51,715 nucleotides of DNA from Terrimicrobiaceae bacterium (GCA_041752695.1 JBGSVZ010000080.1:1-51715); one strand, 5' to 3'. Shown: positions 33,356 through 42,282, numbered from the stretch's first letter. A program made the numbers and translations. The notes: generated from the letters alone by a model not told the origin.

Positions 33356-35023
33356 GTGGCTCATAACGAAGAATACGTCGTCGAAATCCTCCAGGATGTC
33401 GGTCTTATCACCTCAAGCCAGGTCGCGGACGCCCGCGCGAAAGCTGGAGCCGCCAGTGTGGTCAAAGAACTGATCGGCGAGGGCCTCATCACGCAGGAAG
33501 ACGTTTCCCGCACGCTCGCCGCGCAGAATGGGATGGAGTTTATCGATCTCGCGACCGTGGCTCCGCCGCCCGATGTGATGGAGGCCATGGACCTCGAATC
33601 CGCCCGACGCTATCGGGCCGTGCCGGTCGCGCTGCACGATGACACGCTTGTCGTGGCCATCGGCGATCCCATGGACATGGAGACGGCCGACGCCCTCTCT
33701 TTCGTGCTCAACCGCGACATCGAATACGTCTGCGCCACGCCGGATTCCATCCAGAAGGCGATCAATGATTTTTATGGCGTCGGCGACGCTCCCTCGGAAC
33801 ACGAGGATGAAGGCGGACTCGTTCTGAACGAAGGCGAAGCCACTGAAGGCGACGCACCCATCATCAAACTGGTTTCGACTCTCCTGCTCGAAGCCTACAC
33901 GAACCGCGCGAGTGACATTCACCTCGAGCCGCTGGAGAAAAAATTCCGCGTACGCTTCCGCATCGACGGCGTTTTGCAGGAAATGCACAGTCCGCCGAAG
34001 AAGCTGCATTCCGCCGTGATCAGCCGACTGAAGATCATGTCAGGCTCGATGAGCATCGCGGAAAAACGCATTCCGCAGGACGGCCGCATCCAGGTGAAGC
34101 TCGGCCAGAAGGCGCTCGACCTGCGTGTTTCCAGCATCCCGACCGTGCACGGCGAAAGCATCGTCATGCGTATCCTCGACAAGACCTCGCTCATGCTGGG
34201 TCTGCCCGATCTGGGTTTTCTTTCCGACGACCAGGCAAAATTCGAGCGCCTGATCAACCTGCCCGACGGCATCCTGCTCGTTACGGGCCCCACCGGTTCG
34301 GGCAAGACCACGACGCTTTACGCGTCGCTGCATTACATGAACAAACCCGACCGGAAGATCATCACGGTCGAGGATCCGGTCGAATACCAGCTCAGCGGAA
34401 TCAATCAGGTACCCGTCAACGCCGACATCGGAATGACCTTCCCCGCCGCCCTTCGCTCCATGCTGCGTCAGGCGCCAAACATCATCATGATCGGTGAGAT
34501 TCGCGACATGGAGACCGCCAGCATCGCGATCAATGCCAGCCTTACCGGCCACCTGGTGCTCTCGACCCTTCACACCAACGACGCCCCGGGTGCCATCGCC
34601 CGTCTGGTCGATATCGGGATCAAACCGTTCCTGGTTTCCAGCTCCGTCCGCGCGGCACTTGCCCAGCGTCTGGTCCGCCGTCTCTGCCCGGCCTGCAAAC
34701 AACCGACCGAACTTTCCGAATACGAGGCGAAAACCCTGCGCATCGACCTCCGCCACATCGAGGAATCCGCCGTGGCCAAACCCCACGGCTGCGAACAGTG
34801 CCGCGGAAAGGGCTTTAAGGGACGGCGCGGCATTTTCGAACTTTTCACCATCGACGACGAGGTCAGGCACATGATCATCAACGGCGCGACGACCATCCAA
34901 CTCCGGGCCCGCGCCCGCGAACTCGGCATGCGCACCCTGCGTGAAGACGGCGTCCGCAAGGTCCTCTCCGGCATGACCACCGCCGAAGAAGTGATCACCA
35001 CCACCATGACGGATGCGGACTAA
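33356..35023 (+). CDS. GspE/PilB-family secretion / type IV pilus assembly ATPase (paralog 1)
   Basis: ASDIHLEP, PQDGRI, GPTGSGKTTT, RQAPNIIMIGEIRD, STLHTNDA, CPAC...CEQC zinc site. Confidence 0.93.
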   Translation: MAHNEEYVVEILQDVGLITSSQVADARAKAGAASVVKELIGEGLITQEDVSRTLAAQNGMEFIDLATVAPPPDVMEAMDLESARRYRAVPVALHDDTLVVAIGDPMDMETADALSFVLNRDIEYVCATPDSIQKAINDFYGVGDAPSEHEDEGGLVLNEGEATEGDAPIIKLVSTLLLEAYTNRASDIHLEPLEKKFRVRFRIDGVLQEMHSPPKKLHSAVISRLKIMSGSMSIAEKRIPQDGRIQVKLGQKALDLRVSSIPTVHGESIVMRILDKTSLMLGLPDLGFLSDDQAKFERLINLPDGILLVTGPTGSGKTTTLYASLHYMNKPDRKIITVEDPVEYQLSGINQVPVNADIGMTFPAALRSMLRQAPNIIMIGEIRDMETASIAINASLTGHLVLSTLHTNDAPGAIARLVDIGIKPFLVSSSVRAALAQRLVRRLCPACKQPTELSEYEAKTLRIDLRHIEESAVAKPHGCEQCRGKGFKGRRGIFELFTIDDEVRHMIINGATTIQLRARARELGMRTLREDGVRKVLSGMTTAEEVITTTMTDAD

Positions 35024-35025
35024 GG

Positions 35026-35131
35026 AGGGCCAAAGGCCGAAGGCCGAGTGCCAATGGATTATGCTTCCACCCCCAATCGATCACCTCACAACGCCACCAA
35101 CCCGGCCCCCGGCCCCTGGCCCCCGGCCCTC
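35026..35131. repeat. Inverted heptamer-repeat array between the two ATPase genes
   Basis: AGGGCCA-AAGGCCG-AAGGCCG-AGTGCCA ... CCCGGCC-CCCGGCC-CCTGGCC-CCCGGCC-CT. Confidence 0.8.
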
Positions 35132-35140
35132 ATACAGCTA

Positions 35141-36832
35141 ATGGACGCCAAGCAAGTCACCGATATTTTTGTGGATGCAGGCTGGATCACCGCTGATCAA
35201 GCCCATCAATTCATTCAGGAATCTGTCACCGGCGAGATGCCCATTGAGCAGGTCATGGTCGATAGCGGGCATTTCACGGAGGGTCAGTTTTACCAGCTCA
35301 TCGCCGAATCCCTCGGCACCGAGGTGGTCGATCTCGATATTTTTGACGGGGCATCGCAGACCCTCCACCTCATCCCCGCCGGTCTTGCCCGCCTGCACGG
35401 AGCGCTTCCCGTCGGGGCGGCAGAGAACACGATTTACGTCACGCTCAGCGATCCACTGAACACCCAGATCCCCGAGGATCTGCGTTTCGCCCTCGGTCGC
35501 GAGATCCACGTGATGATCGCCCCGCCCCTCAAGGTGCGCAAACTGATCACGGAGTATTACGGCTCCGAGGTCACGAGCATGGACGACATCATCAGCCAGC
35601 TCGGGGAAAACACCGAGGTCACGCTGGATGAAGGTCCCGATGCTTTCAATGCCCAGGCCGTCGCCGCCGAAGCCAATGCCGCGCCCATCATCCGCTTCGT
35701 GGATCTCATCCTCGATAAAGCCATCAGCGCCCGCGCGAGTGACATCCATTTCGAGCCGTTCGAAACCGAGTTCAAAATTCGGTACCGCGTAGACGGCGCG
35801 CTGTACGAAATGGATCCCCCACCCCGCCATCTTGCGCTGCCTGTCATTTCGCGCGTCAAGGTGATGGCCAACCTGAACATCGCGGAACGCCGCCTGCCGC
35901 AGGACGGACGCATTCAGCGCACCGTCAACAACAAGCAAATCGATCTTCGTGTTTCGACTCTGCCGACCGCCTGGGGTGAAAGCGTCGTGCTTCGTGTGCT
36001 CGACCGCTCCAGCGTCAACCTCGATCTCGAAACGCTCGGGATGCCGGACTATATTTACAATCACATCCTGGATGTGATCCAGAAGCCGAACGGCATTTTT
36101 ATCGTTACCGGCCCCACCGGTTCAGGAAAAACCACGACGCTTTATTCCTGCCTGCGCAAGATCAACACGATCGATTCCAAGCTGCTCACCGCGGAAGACC
36201 CGGTCGAATACGAAATCGACGGCATCATTCAGGTGCCGATCAATGAAGCCATTGGCATGACGTTTGGCCGCACCCTCCGCGCGTTCCTGCGTCAGGATCC
36301 CGACCGCATTCTTGTTGGGGAAACACGCGACACAGAGACCGCCCAGATTTCCATCCAGGCGTCCCTCACCGGTCACCTGGTTTTCACCACCCTGCACACC
36401 AACGACTCCACCGGGGCGGTCACCCGACTGGTGGACATGGGGGTGGAACCCTTCCTCATCTCGGCCTCCCTGGAATGTGTGCTCGCCCAGCGGCTCATCC
36501 GCAAAATCTGCCCCGCCTGTCGAACCGCCTACGAGCCCACCGAAATTGTCCTTTCCTCGCTCGGCCTCTCCGTTCACGACATCGGCGATAAAAATTTCTT
36601 CTACGGCAAAGGCTGCGAAAATTGCAACAACACCGGCTACAAGGGCCGCAAAGGCATCTACGAACTTCTGAAAATCAGCGACCCCATGCGCGAGCTGATC
36701 AACGCCCGCGCCCCCGGGGTTGTGATGCGCCAAAAGGCCATCGAACTCGGTATGACGACCCTCCGCGAGGACGGCCTCCGCTCCATCTACGACGGCCTTA
36801 CGACGATTGAGGAAGTTGTGAAATACACCTGA
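35141..36832 (+). CDS. GspE/PilB-family ATPase (paralog 2)
   Basis: ASDIHFEP, GPTGSGKTTT, RQDPDRILVGETRD, TTLHTND, CPAC...CENC; start at ATG 35141 (the longer ORF-track N-terminus is repeat-derived). Confidence 0.93.
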   Translation: MDAKQVTDIFVDAGWITADQAHQFIQESVTGEMPIEQVMVDSGHFTEGQFYQLIAESLGTEVVDLDIFDGASQTLHLIPAGLARLHGALPVGAAENTIYVTLSDPLNTQIPEDLRFALGREIHVMIAPPLKVRKLITEYYGSEVTSMDDIISQLGENTEVTLDEGPDAFNAQAVAAEANAAPIIRFVDLILDKAISARASDIHFEPFETEFKIRYRVDGALYEMDPPPRHLALPVISRVKVMANLNIAERRLPQDGRIQRTVNNKQIDLRVSTLPTAWGESVVLRVLDRSSVNLDLETLGMPDYIYNHILDVIQKPNGIFIVTGPTGSGKTTTLYSCLRKINTIDSKLLTAEDPVEYEIDGIIQVPINEAIGMTFGRTLRAFLRQDPDRILVGETRDTETAQISIQASLTGHLVFTTLHTNDSTGAVTRLVDMGVEPFLISASLECVLAQRLIRKICPACRTAYEPTEIVLSSLGLSVHDIGDKNFFYGKGCENCNNTGYKGRKGIYELLKISDPMRELINARAPGVVMRQKAIELGMTTLREDGLRSIYDGLTTIEEVVKYT

Positions 36833-36898
36833 TTGCCAGAATCAGAGAACGGTCTGCCCGCCGGTGGTTGGCGTTTCGACCTGCTCAGGTTTCTCCGC

Positions 36899-36928
36899 TT
36901 GCCAATCACGACTTGGTAACTAGGTTAT
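36899..36928 (+). promoter_or_regulatory. Putative cys operon promoter overlapped by an Rrf2-family (IscR/CymR-like) operator
   Basis: TTGCCA-N16-TAGGTT; 36904-36928 AATCACGACTTGGTAACTAGGTTAT resembles the 25-bp ATAnnnGACTnnnnnAnTnGGnTAT pattern of IscR-type sites. Confidence 0.45.
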
Positions 36929-37123
36929 TCGAATGACCACTCGGCATAGGCCCTTCTCCATCCTTAAGATGAAGTGCTCCGCGCGCTTCCTGTTCATCCG
37001 GTAGGCGTTTTTTCCGCCAGCTTTTCGGGTCCTGGTATGCCGACCCATCCTGGCCGGTCATTTCTTCCACTCGACCAATTGTTTTCCATCGTTTAGCGTT
37101 CTTTTCCCAATTTACCCATTCTC

Positions 37124-38839
37124 ATGAGTTCCGAAGCCAAACCGCTCGTTGCCAACGAAGGCCTGAAGGCCGAGTCCCACCATCTGCGCGGTTCCATCGC
37201 CCAGGAACTGGCCGACACCTCGACGGGCAACATTTCCGAGGGTAGCAACCAGCTTTCCAAATTCCACGGCCTCTACATTCAGGACGACCGCGACCAGCGC
37301 AACATCCTGAAGAAGGCCGGCAAGGAAAAAGCGTTCGCCTTCATGCTCCGCGTGCGTCTTCCCGGTGGCCAGGCCACGCCGCAGCAATGGCTGGTGCTCG
37401 ACCGTCTGGCAGACGAGGTGGCTTCCCCATCCCTGCGGATCACCACCCGACAGACTTTTCAATTCCACGGCGTCCTCAAGGGCAACGTGAAAACATTGGT
37501 CAAAGGCATGCACACCGTGCTGCTCGACTCCATCGCGGCTTGCGGCGACGTGAACCGCAATGTGATGGCCCCACCCAATCCTGAACGCGACCCCATCACC
37601 CAGCAGGTGTACAACGACGCGAAAGGCTGGAGCGAATACGCCCTGCCCAAAACCCGGGCCTATTACGAAATCTACCTCGACGAAGAACTCGTCGCGGGCG
37701 GAGAACCGGAAGCCGAGCCGATGTACGGCGACACCTACCTGCCGCGAAAATTCAAAACCGGCTTCGCCCTTCCCCCGTCGAACGACGTGGATGTCTTTTC
37801 GCAAGACCTCGGTTTTATTGCCATCGTGGAGGACGGCAAACTCGCCGGCTACAATGTCACCGCCGGCGGCGGCCTCGGCATGAACCACGGCAATGTGGAA
37901 ACCTTTCCGCGCATTGCGGATCTGCTCGGGTTTATCCCCGCCGACAAGGTCAACGCCATCGGCGAAGCCATCCTCACCACCCAACGCGATTACGGGGACC
38001 GCACCAACCGCCGCCACGCACGCCTCAAGTACACCATCGAAGATCGGGGCGTGGAGTGGTTCAAGGCAGAGGTCGAAAAACGCTCCGGGGTCACTTTTGC
38101 TCCCGCCCGACCGTTTGACTTCAAGACCATCGAAGATCCTCACGGCTGGCAGGAAAACGCCGACGGCACCTGGTTTTACGGCCTCCACATTCTCAGCGGG
38201 CGCATCAAGGATATCCCGGGCTGGCCGATGAAAACCGCCCTGCGCGAGATCGCGGAGATCCACACCGGCGACTTCCGCCTCACGCCCTCGCAGAACGTCA
38301 CCATTTCCGGGGTCCCCCCCGGACAAAAACCCGTCATCGATGCCATCCTCGCAAAACACGGCCTCGACAAGGAAAATGAGCGCTCCGGCCTGCGCCTCAA
38401 CTCGCTTTCCTGCGTGGCCCTGCCCACCTGCGGTCTCGCCCTGGCGGAGAGCGAACGCATCCTTCCGGAAATCTTGGAAAAATTCGAAACCGTGCTCGAG
38501 GAAGCCGGGCTGCGCGACGACGCCATCAGCCTGCGGATCACGGGCTGCCCGAACGGCTGCGCCCGCCCCTACCTCGCGGAGATCGGTTTTGTCGGCCGCG
38601 CTCCGGGCAAATACGCCCTCTACCTCGGCGCCAGCTACAATGGCACCAGGCTGAACCGCCTCGTCTCGCCAAGCATCACCATCGACGATGCCGTCACGAT
38701 GCTCACCCCCACGATCAAACGCTACGCCCTGGAGCGTCAGTCCTGCGAAGGCTTCGGAGATTTCTGCGACCGGGTGATTCTTCCCGCGGACGCGACCACG
38801 CACAGTGTCGGCACCCCCGCAGCAGAGGTGGCGGCATGA
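37124..38839 (+). CDS. cysI: Sulfite reductase hemoprotein (beta) subunit
   Basis: TTRQTFQFHG, AACGDVNRN, YLPRKFK, siroheme/FeS ligands CVALPTC and GCPNGC. Confidence 0.95.
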   Translation: MSSEAKPLVANEGLKAESHHLRGSIAQELADTSTGNISEGSNQLSKFHGLYIQDDRDQRNILKKAGKEKAFAFMLRVRLPGGQATPQQWLVLDRLADEVASPSLRITTRQTFQFHGVLKGNVKTLVKGMHTVLLDSIAACGDVNRNVMAPPNPERDPITQQVYNDAKGWSEYALPKTRAYYEIYLDEELVAGGEPEAEPMYGDTYLPRKFKTGFALPPSNDVDVFSQDLGFIAIVEDGKLAGYNVTAGGGLGMNHGNVETFPRIADLLGFIPADKVNAIGEAILTTQRDYGDRTNRRHARLKYTIEDRGVEWFKAEVEKRSGVTFAPARPFDFKTIEDPHGWQENADGTWFYGLHILSGRIKDIPGWPMKTALREIAEIHTGDFRLTPSQNVTISGVPPGQKPVIDAILAKHGLDKENERSGLRLNSLSCVALPTCGLALAESERILPEILEKFETVLEEAGLRDDAISLRITGCPNGCARPYLAEIGFVGRAPGKYALYLGASYNGTRLNRLVSPSITIDDAVTMLTPTIKRYALERQSCEGFGDFCDRVILPADATTHSVGTPAAEVAA

Positions 38840-39501
38840 TCGAACTTGCCGCTGCCAACGCGGAACTCCGCGACAAATCGCCGCTCGAGATCACCCGCTG
38901 GGCCATCGCTAAATCAGGAGGTCGCGCCATCGTTTCGACGAATTTCCGTCCCTACGAAGCCGCCATCCTCCACCTTGCCGCCCAGGTGCAACCGGACATC
39001 CCCGTCCTCTGGGTGGACCATGGTTACAATCGCCCGGCGACCTACCGGCACGCCGAGGATCTTCGCAAACGACTCGGCCTCGACATTCACGCCTACCTGC
39101 CACGCCTCACCGCCGCCCATCGCGACGCGATTCACGGCCCGATCCCCGGCACCGATGACGAGGCCGGCTTGAAACAATTCAGCGCCCAGATGAAACTCGA
39201 ACCGTTCCAGCGGGGCATGAGGGAACTTGCGCCCACCATCTGGATCACCGCGCTGCGCAAAGTGCAGAACCCCAACCGAGCCGAACTCGACATCGTCGCC
39301 GCGGACGCCAACTTTGGCGCGATCAAGGTGAGCCCGCTTTTTTATCATTCGGACGCCGACCTCGAAGCCTATCTCGCCCAACACGATCTTCCGAACGAGT
39401 GGGACTACTTCGACCCCGCCAAGGCCGATGAAAAACGCGAGTGCGGTCTCCACGCTGCCTGGGGCAAAAACGCCGCCCAGGAAGTCGGCGCCGGGATCTA
39501 G
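38836..39501 (+). CDS. cysH: (Phospho)adenylyl-sulfate reductase family, Fe-S-free type
   Basis: STNF, WVDHGY, WITALR and C-terminal ECGLH; no CC or CxxC cluster ligands; ATGA coupling to cysI. Confidence 0.85.
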   Translation: MIELAAANAELRDKSPLEITRWAIAKSGGRAIVSTNFRPYEAAILHLAAQVQPDIPVLWVDHGYNRPATYRHAEDLRKRLGLDIHAYLPRLTAAHRDAIHGPIPGTDDEAGLKQFSAQMKLEPFQRGMRELAPTIWITALRKVQNPNRAELDIVAADANFGAIKVSPLFYHSDADLEAYLAQHDLPNEWDYFDPAKADEKRECGLHAAWGKNAAQEVGAGI

Positions 39502-39521
39502 AAACTCCAAGGCGTACCACA

Positions 39522-39563
39522 CCGATCTCCGAAACCCCATCTTCCATCTTCGAATTACGAACC
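39522..39563 (+). repeat. Heptamer tandem array (pyrimidine-rich arm only) upstream of cysD
   Basis: CCGATCT-CCGAAAC-CCCATCT-TCCATCT-TCGAATT-ACGAACC, closely matching the array at 40870-40904. Confidence 0.8.
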
Positions 39564-39565
39564 CT

Positions 39566-40468
39566 GTGAGTAATTACCACCTCGACCACCTTCAATACCT
39601 CGAGACCGAGGCCATCCACATCATGCGCGAAGTCGCGGCGGAGTTTGAACGCCCCGCTTTGCTTTTCTCCGGAGGCAAGGATTCCATCTGCCTCTTGCGC
39701 CTCGCCGAGAAAGCCTTCCGCCCCGCGGACATCCCGATGCCGTTTCTCAACGTCGACACCGGGCATCATTTTCCCGAACTCAACGAATTCCGCGACCGCC
39801 GCGCCAAGGAACTGGGCGGCAAGCTGATCATTCGCACCGTCGAGGACGCCATCGCGCAGGGCATCGCCACCGTCACCCCCGGCCAGGTGAGCCGCAACCA
39901 TCTGCAAATCCCCACCCTGCTCTCCGCCATCGAGGAATTTCGCTTCGATTGCTGCATCGGCGGCGCGCGGCGGGACGAGGAAAAAGCCCGCGCCAAGGAA
40001 CGTTTTTTCAGCTTCCGCGACAGCTTCGGCCAGTGGGACCCGAAAAACCAGCGCCCCGAAATCTGGAATCTTTACAATGCCCGCCTCAACCCCGGCGAAA
40101 ACATGCGCGTTTTCCCGCTGAGCAACTGGACCGAAATGGACGTCTGGGAATACATTCGCAAGGAAAAGCTCGAAGTCCCCAACATCTATTTCAGCCACAA
40201 GCGTAACTGCGTGCGCCGACACGGCCAGTGGCTCCCGGTCAACGACCTCGTCCCGCCCAAGGCCAACGAGGACGTGAAAGAACTCGTCGTCCGCGTGCGC
40301 ACGATCGGCGACATCATCAGCACCGGCTGCGTGGAATCCCCGGCCGATAATGTCGATGACATCATCGCCGAAATCTCCGTCGCCCGCGTCACGGAACGCG
40401 GCTCCCGCGCCGACGACAAGGTCTCCGAGGCCGCCATGGAAGACCGAAAAAAGGCGGGATACTTTTAG
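39566..40468 (+). CDS. cysD: Sulfate adenylyltransferase subunit 2
   Basis: FSGGKDS PP-loop, GGARRDEEKARAKER, WDPKNQRPE, MEDRKKAGYF; GTG start. Confidence 0.96.
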   Translation: MSNYHLDHLQYLETEAIHIMREVAAEFERPALLFSGGKDSICLLRLAEKAFRPADIPMPFLNVDTGHHFPELNEFRDRRAKELGGKLIIRTVEDAIAQGIATVTPGQVSRNHLQIPTLLSAIEEFRFDCCIGGARRDEEKARAKERFFSFRDSFGQWDPKNQRPEIWNLYNARLNPGENMRVFPLSNWTEMDVWEYIRKEKLEVPNIYFSHKRNCVRRHGQWLPVNDLVPPKANEDVKELVVRVRTIGDIISTGCVESPADNVDDIIAEISVARVTERGSRADDKVSEAAMEDRKKAGYF

Positions 40469-40469
40469 G

Positions 40470-40497
40470 AGATCGGAGTTGGGAGATGGAAGATCGT
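40470..40497 (+). repeat. Left (purine-rich) heptamer array of the four-helix-bundle cassette
   Basis: AGATCGG-AGTTGGG-AGATGGA-AGATCGT; contains the ORF start codon. Confidence 0.8.
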
Positions 40498-40869
40498 GGC
40501 AAACACGCCCCGCTATCGTTTGAGGATCTCGATGCCTGGCAGGCCGCTCGGAAGCTCACCTCGGAGGTCTATTCGCTTTGCCGCACCCAGCCCTTGAATA
40601 GCGACTTCGGGCTCTGCCATCAGCTTCGTCGCGCGGCCGTTTCGGTGATGAACAACATCGCCGAGCGCTGGGAATCCCTTCATCCTGCCGAGAAGAAACA
40701 AGCTTGCAATTACGCCCGCCGTTCCTGCGGAGAGGTCCGGTCGATGACCTACGTGCTCATCGACAACAATCTTATCTCAGCGCCCGAACACGAGAGCCTC
40801 GTCCTCTCGTGCACCCGAACCGGCAAACTGGCCAGCGGCCTGATCCGCAGTCTCGACTCCCGAACCTAA
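40486..40869 (+). CDS. Four-helix-bundle protein (23S rRNA IVP / Avd-like family)
   Basis: SFEDLDAWQ.A, DFGL..QLRRAAVSVMNNIAE and AR.SCGEV motifs. Confidence 0.88.
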   Translation: MEDRGKHAPLSFEDLDAWQAARKLTSEVYSLCRTQPLNSDFGLCHQLRRAAVSVMNNIAERWESLHPAEKKQACNYARRSCGEVRSMTYVLIDNNLISAPEHESLVLSCTRTGKLASGLIRSLDSRT

Positions 40870-40904
40870 CCGATCTTCCATCTTCCATCTTCGAACTCCT
40901 AATC
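40870..40904 (+). repeat. Right (pyrimidine-rich) heptamer array, inverted relative to 40470-40497
   Basis: CCGATCT-TCCATCT-TCCATCT-TCGAACT-CCTAATC, ending 2 nt before the cysN ATG. Confidence 0.85.
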
Positions 40905-40906
40905 CC

Positions 40907-42226
40907 ATGGCCGTTCCGCTTCATCATTCCGTCGACCTTCTCCGTTTTAACACCTGTGGCTCCGTGGACGACGGCAAGTCCACCCTCATTGGCCGTCTGC
41001 TTTACGACTCCAAGTCCCTGATGGACGACCAGCTCGAAGCCCTCGAGCGGTCCGCCGACATCACCGGCGGCGGGCAGATCAATCTCGCCAATCTCACCGA
41101 CGGCCTCCGCGCCGAACGCGAACAGGGCATCACGATTGATGTCGCCTACCGGTATTTCGCCACACCTCTGCGCAAGTTCATCATCGCTGACACGCCCGGC
41201 CACGTGCAATACACCCGCAACATGGTCACGGGATCCTCGACAGCCAACTTGTCCGTCGTCCTGGTCGACGCCCGTCAGGGGGTGATCGAACAAAGCCGCC
41301 GCCACTCCTGCATCGCCTCATTGCTCCGCATTCCGCATCTCATCGTGGCCATCAACAAAATGGACCTCGTCGACTGGAGCGAAGAGCGATTCCTCGAGAT
41401 CCGCGCGCAGTTTGAAGAGTTTTTGCCGCGGCTCGACGTCAAGGACGTCCAGTTCATCCCCGTCAGCGCGCTCAACGGCGACAACGTGGTGGATCCCTCG
41501 CCCAACACGCCCTGGTATCATGGACCCACTTTGCTTGGACACCTGGAAAGCGTCCACATCGGTAGCGATTGGAACCTGCAGGATTTTCGCCTGCCCGTGC
41601 AGTGGGTCAATCGACCCAACAACCCGTCCGACCCGTCCCTCCACGACTTCCGCGGCCTGAGCGGTCAGGTCGCCGGCGGGGTGGTGAAGGTCGGTCAGAA
41701 GGTCATGGCCCTGCCCAGTGGATTTTCCAGCACGGTGAAGGAGATTTGGACCTACGACGGTCCGATCCAGGAGGCCTTCTGTCCGCAATCTGTCACTCTC
41801 GTTTTGGAACATGATCTCGATATCAGCCGCGGGGACATTCTCGTTTCTCCCGAGAGCCTGCCCGGCGCGAGCAGTGACCTGCATGCCCGCATCTGCTGGA
41901 TGCATGCCAAACCGCTGCAGCCCGGCCGCAAATATTTCCTCAAGCACACGACCCAGACCGTGCAGGCGGCCGTGACGGCCATCGAACATCGCATCAACAT
42001 CACCACCCTAGAACCCGAGGCGGGAGCCACCGAACTCGCGATGAACGACATCGGCGAAATCCGTCTCCGCACTTCGAAGCCACTAATCTTCGACGGGTAT
42101 GCCGCCAACCGCCTCACCGGATCGTTCATCCTCATTGAGCAGGGCACCAACGCCACCGTGGCGGCCGGCATGCTTCATCCTTCCGCGGATGTGGCCACGC
42201 CGGAATACAAAGACTTCGCGATTTAG
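40907..42226 (+). CDS. cysN: Sulfate adenylyltransferase subunit 1 (GTPase), without fused APS kinase
   Basis: GSVDDGKSTLIGRLL, EREQGITIDVAYRYF, DTPGH, NKMD; 439 aa. Confidence 0.96.
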   Translation: MAVPLHHSVDLLRFNTCGSVDDGKSTLIGRLLYDSKSLMDDQLEALERSADITGGGQINLANLTDGLRAEREQGITIDVAYRYFATPLRKFIIADTPGHVQYTRNMVTGSSTANLSVVLVDARQGVIEQSRRHSCIASLLRIPHLIVAINKMDLVDWSEERFLEIRAQFEEFLPRLDVKDVQFIPVSALNGDNVVDPSPNTPWYHGPTLLGHLESVHIGSDWNLQDFRLPVQWVNRPNNPSDPSLHDFRGLSGQVAGGVVKVGQKVMALPSGFSSTVKEIWTYDGPIQEAFCPQSVTLVLEHDLDISRGDILVSPESLPGASSDLHARICWMHAKPLQPGRKYFLKHTTQTVQAAVTAIEHRINITTLEPEAGATELAMNDIGEIRLRTSKPLIFDGYAANRLTGSFILIEQGTNATVAAGMLHPSADVATPEYKDFAI

Positions 42227-42282
42227 GGCCGACCTGCCCTTTACCTCGCCGCTAGAGAGGACCGCCCCCGCGTCCCGGCTGA

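Noticed and set aside
36930..37123. SAM-I or other known riboswitch upstream of cysI
   Set aside because: I could not find the SAM-I core (AUC..GAG ... GAU) arrangement or another recognisable aptamer; reported only as an unexplained structured leader.
40486..40869. Diversity-generating retroelement suggested by the Avd-like gene
   Set aside because: No reverse transcriptase and no TR/VR repeat pair seen in the window.
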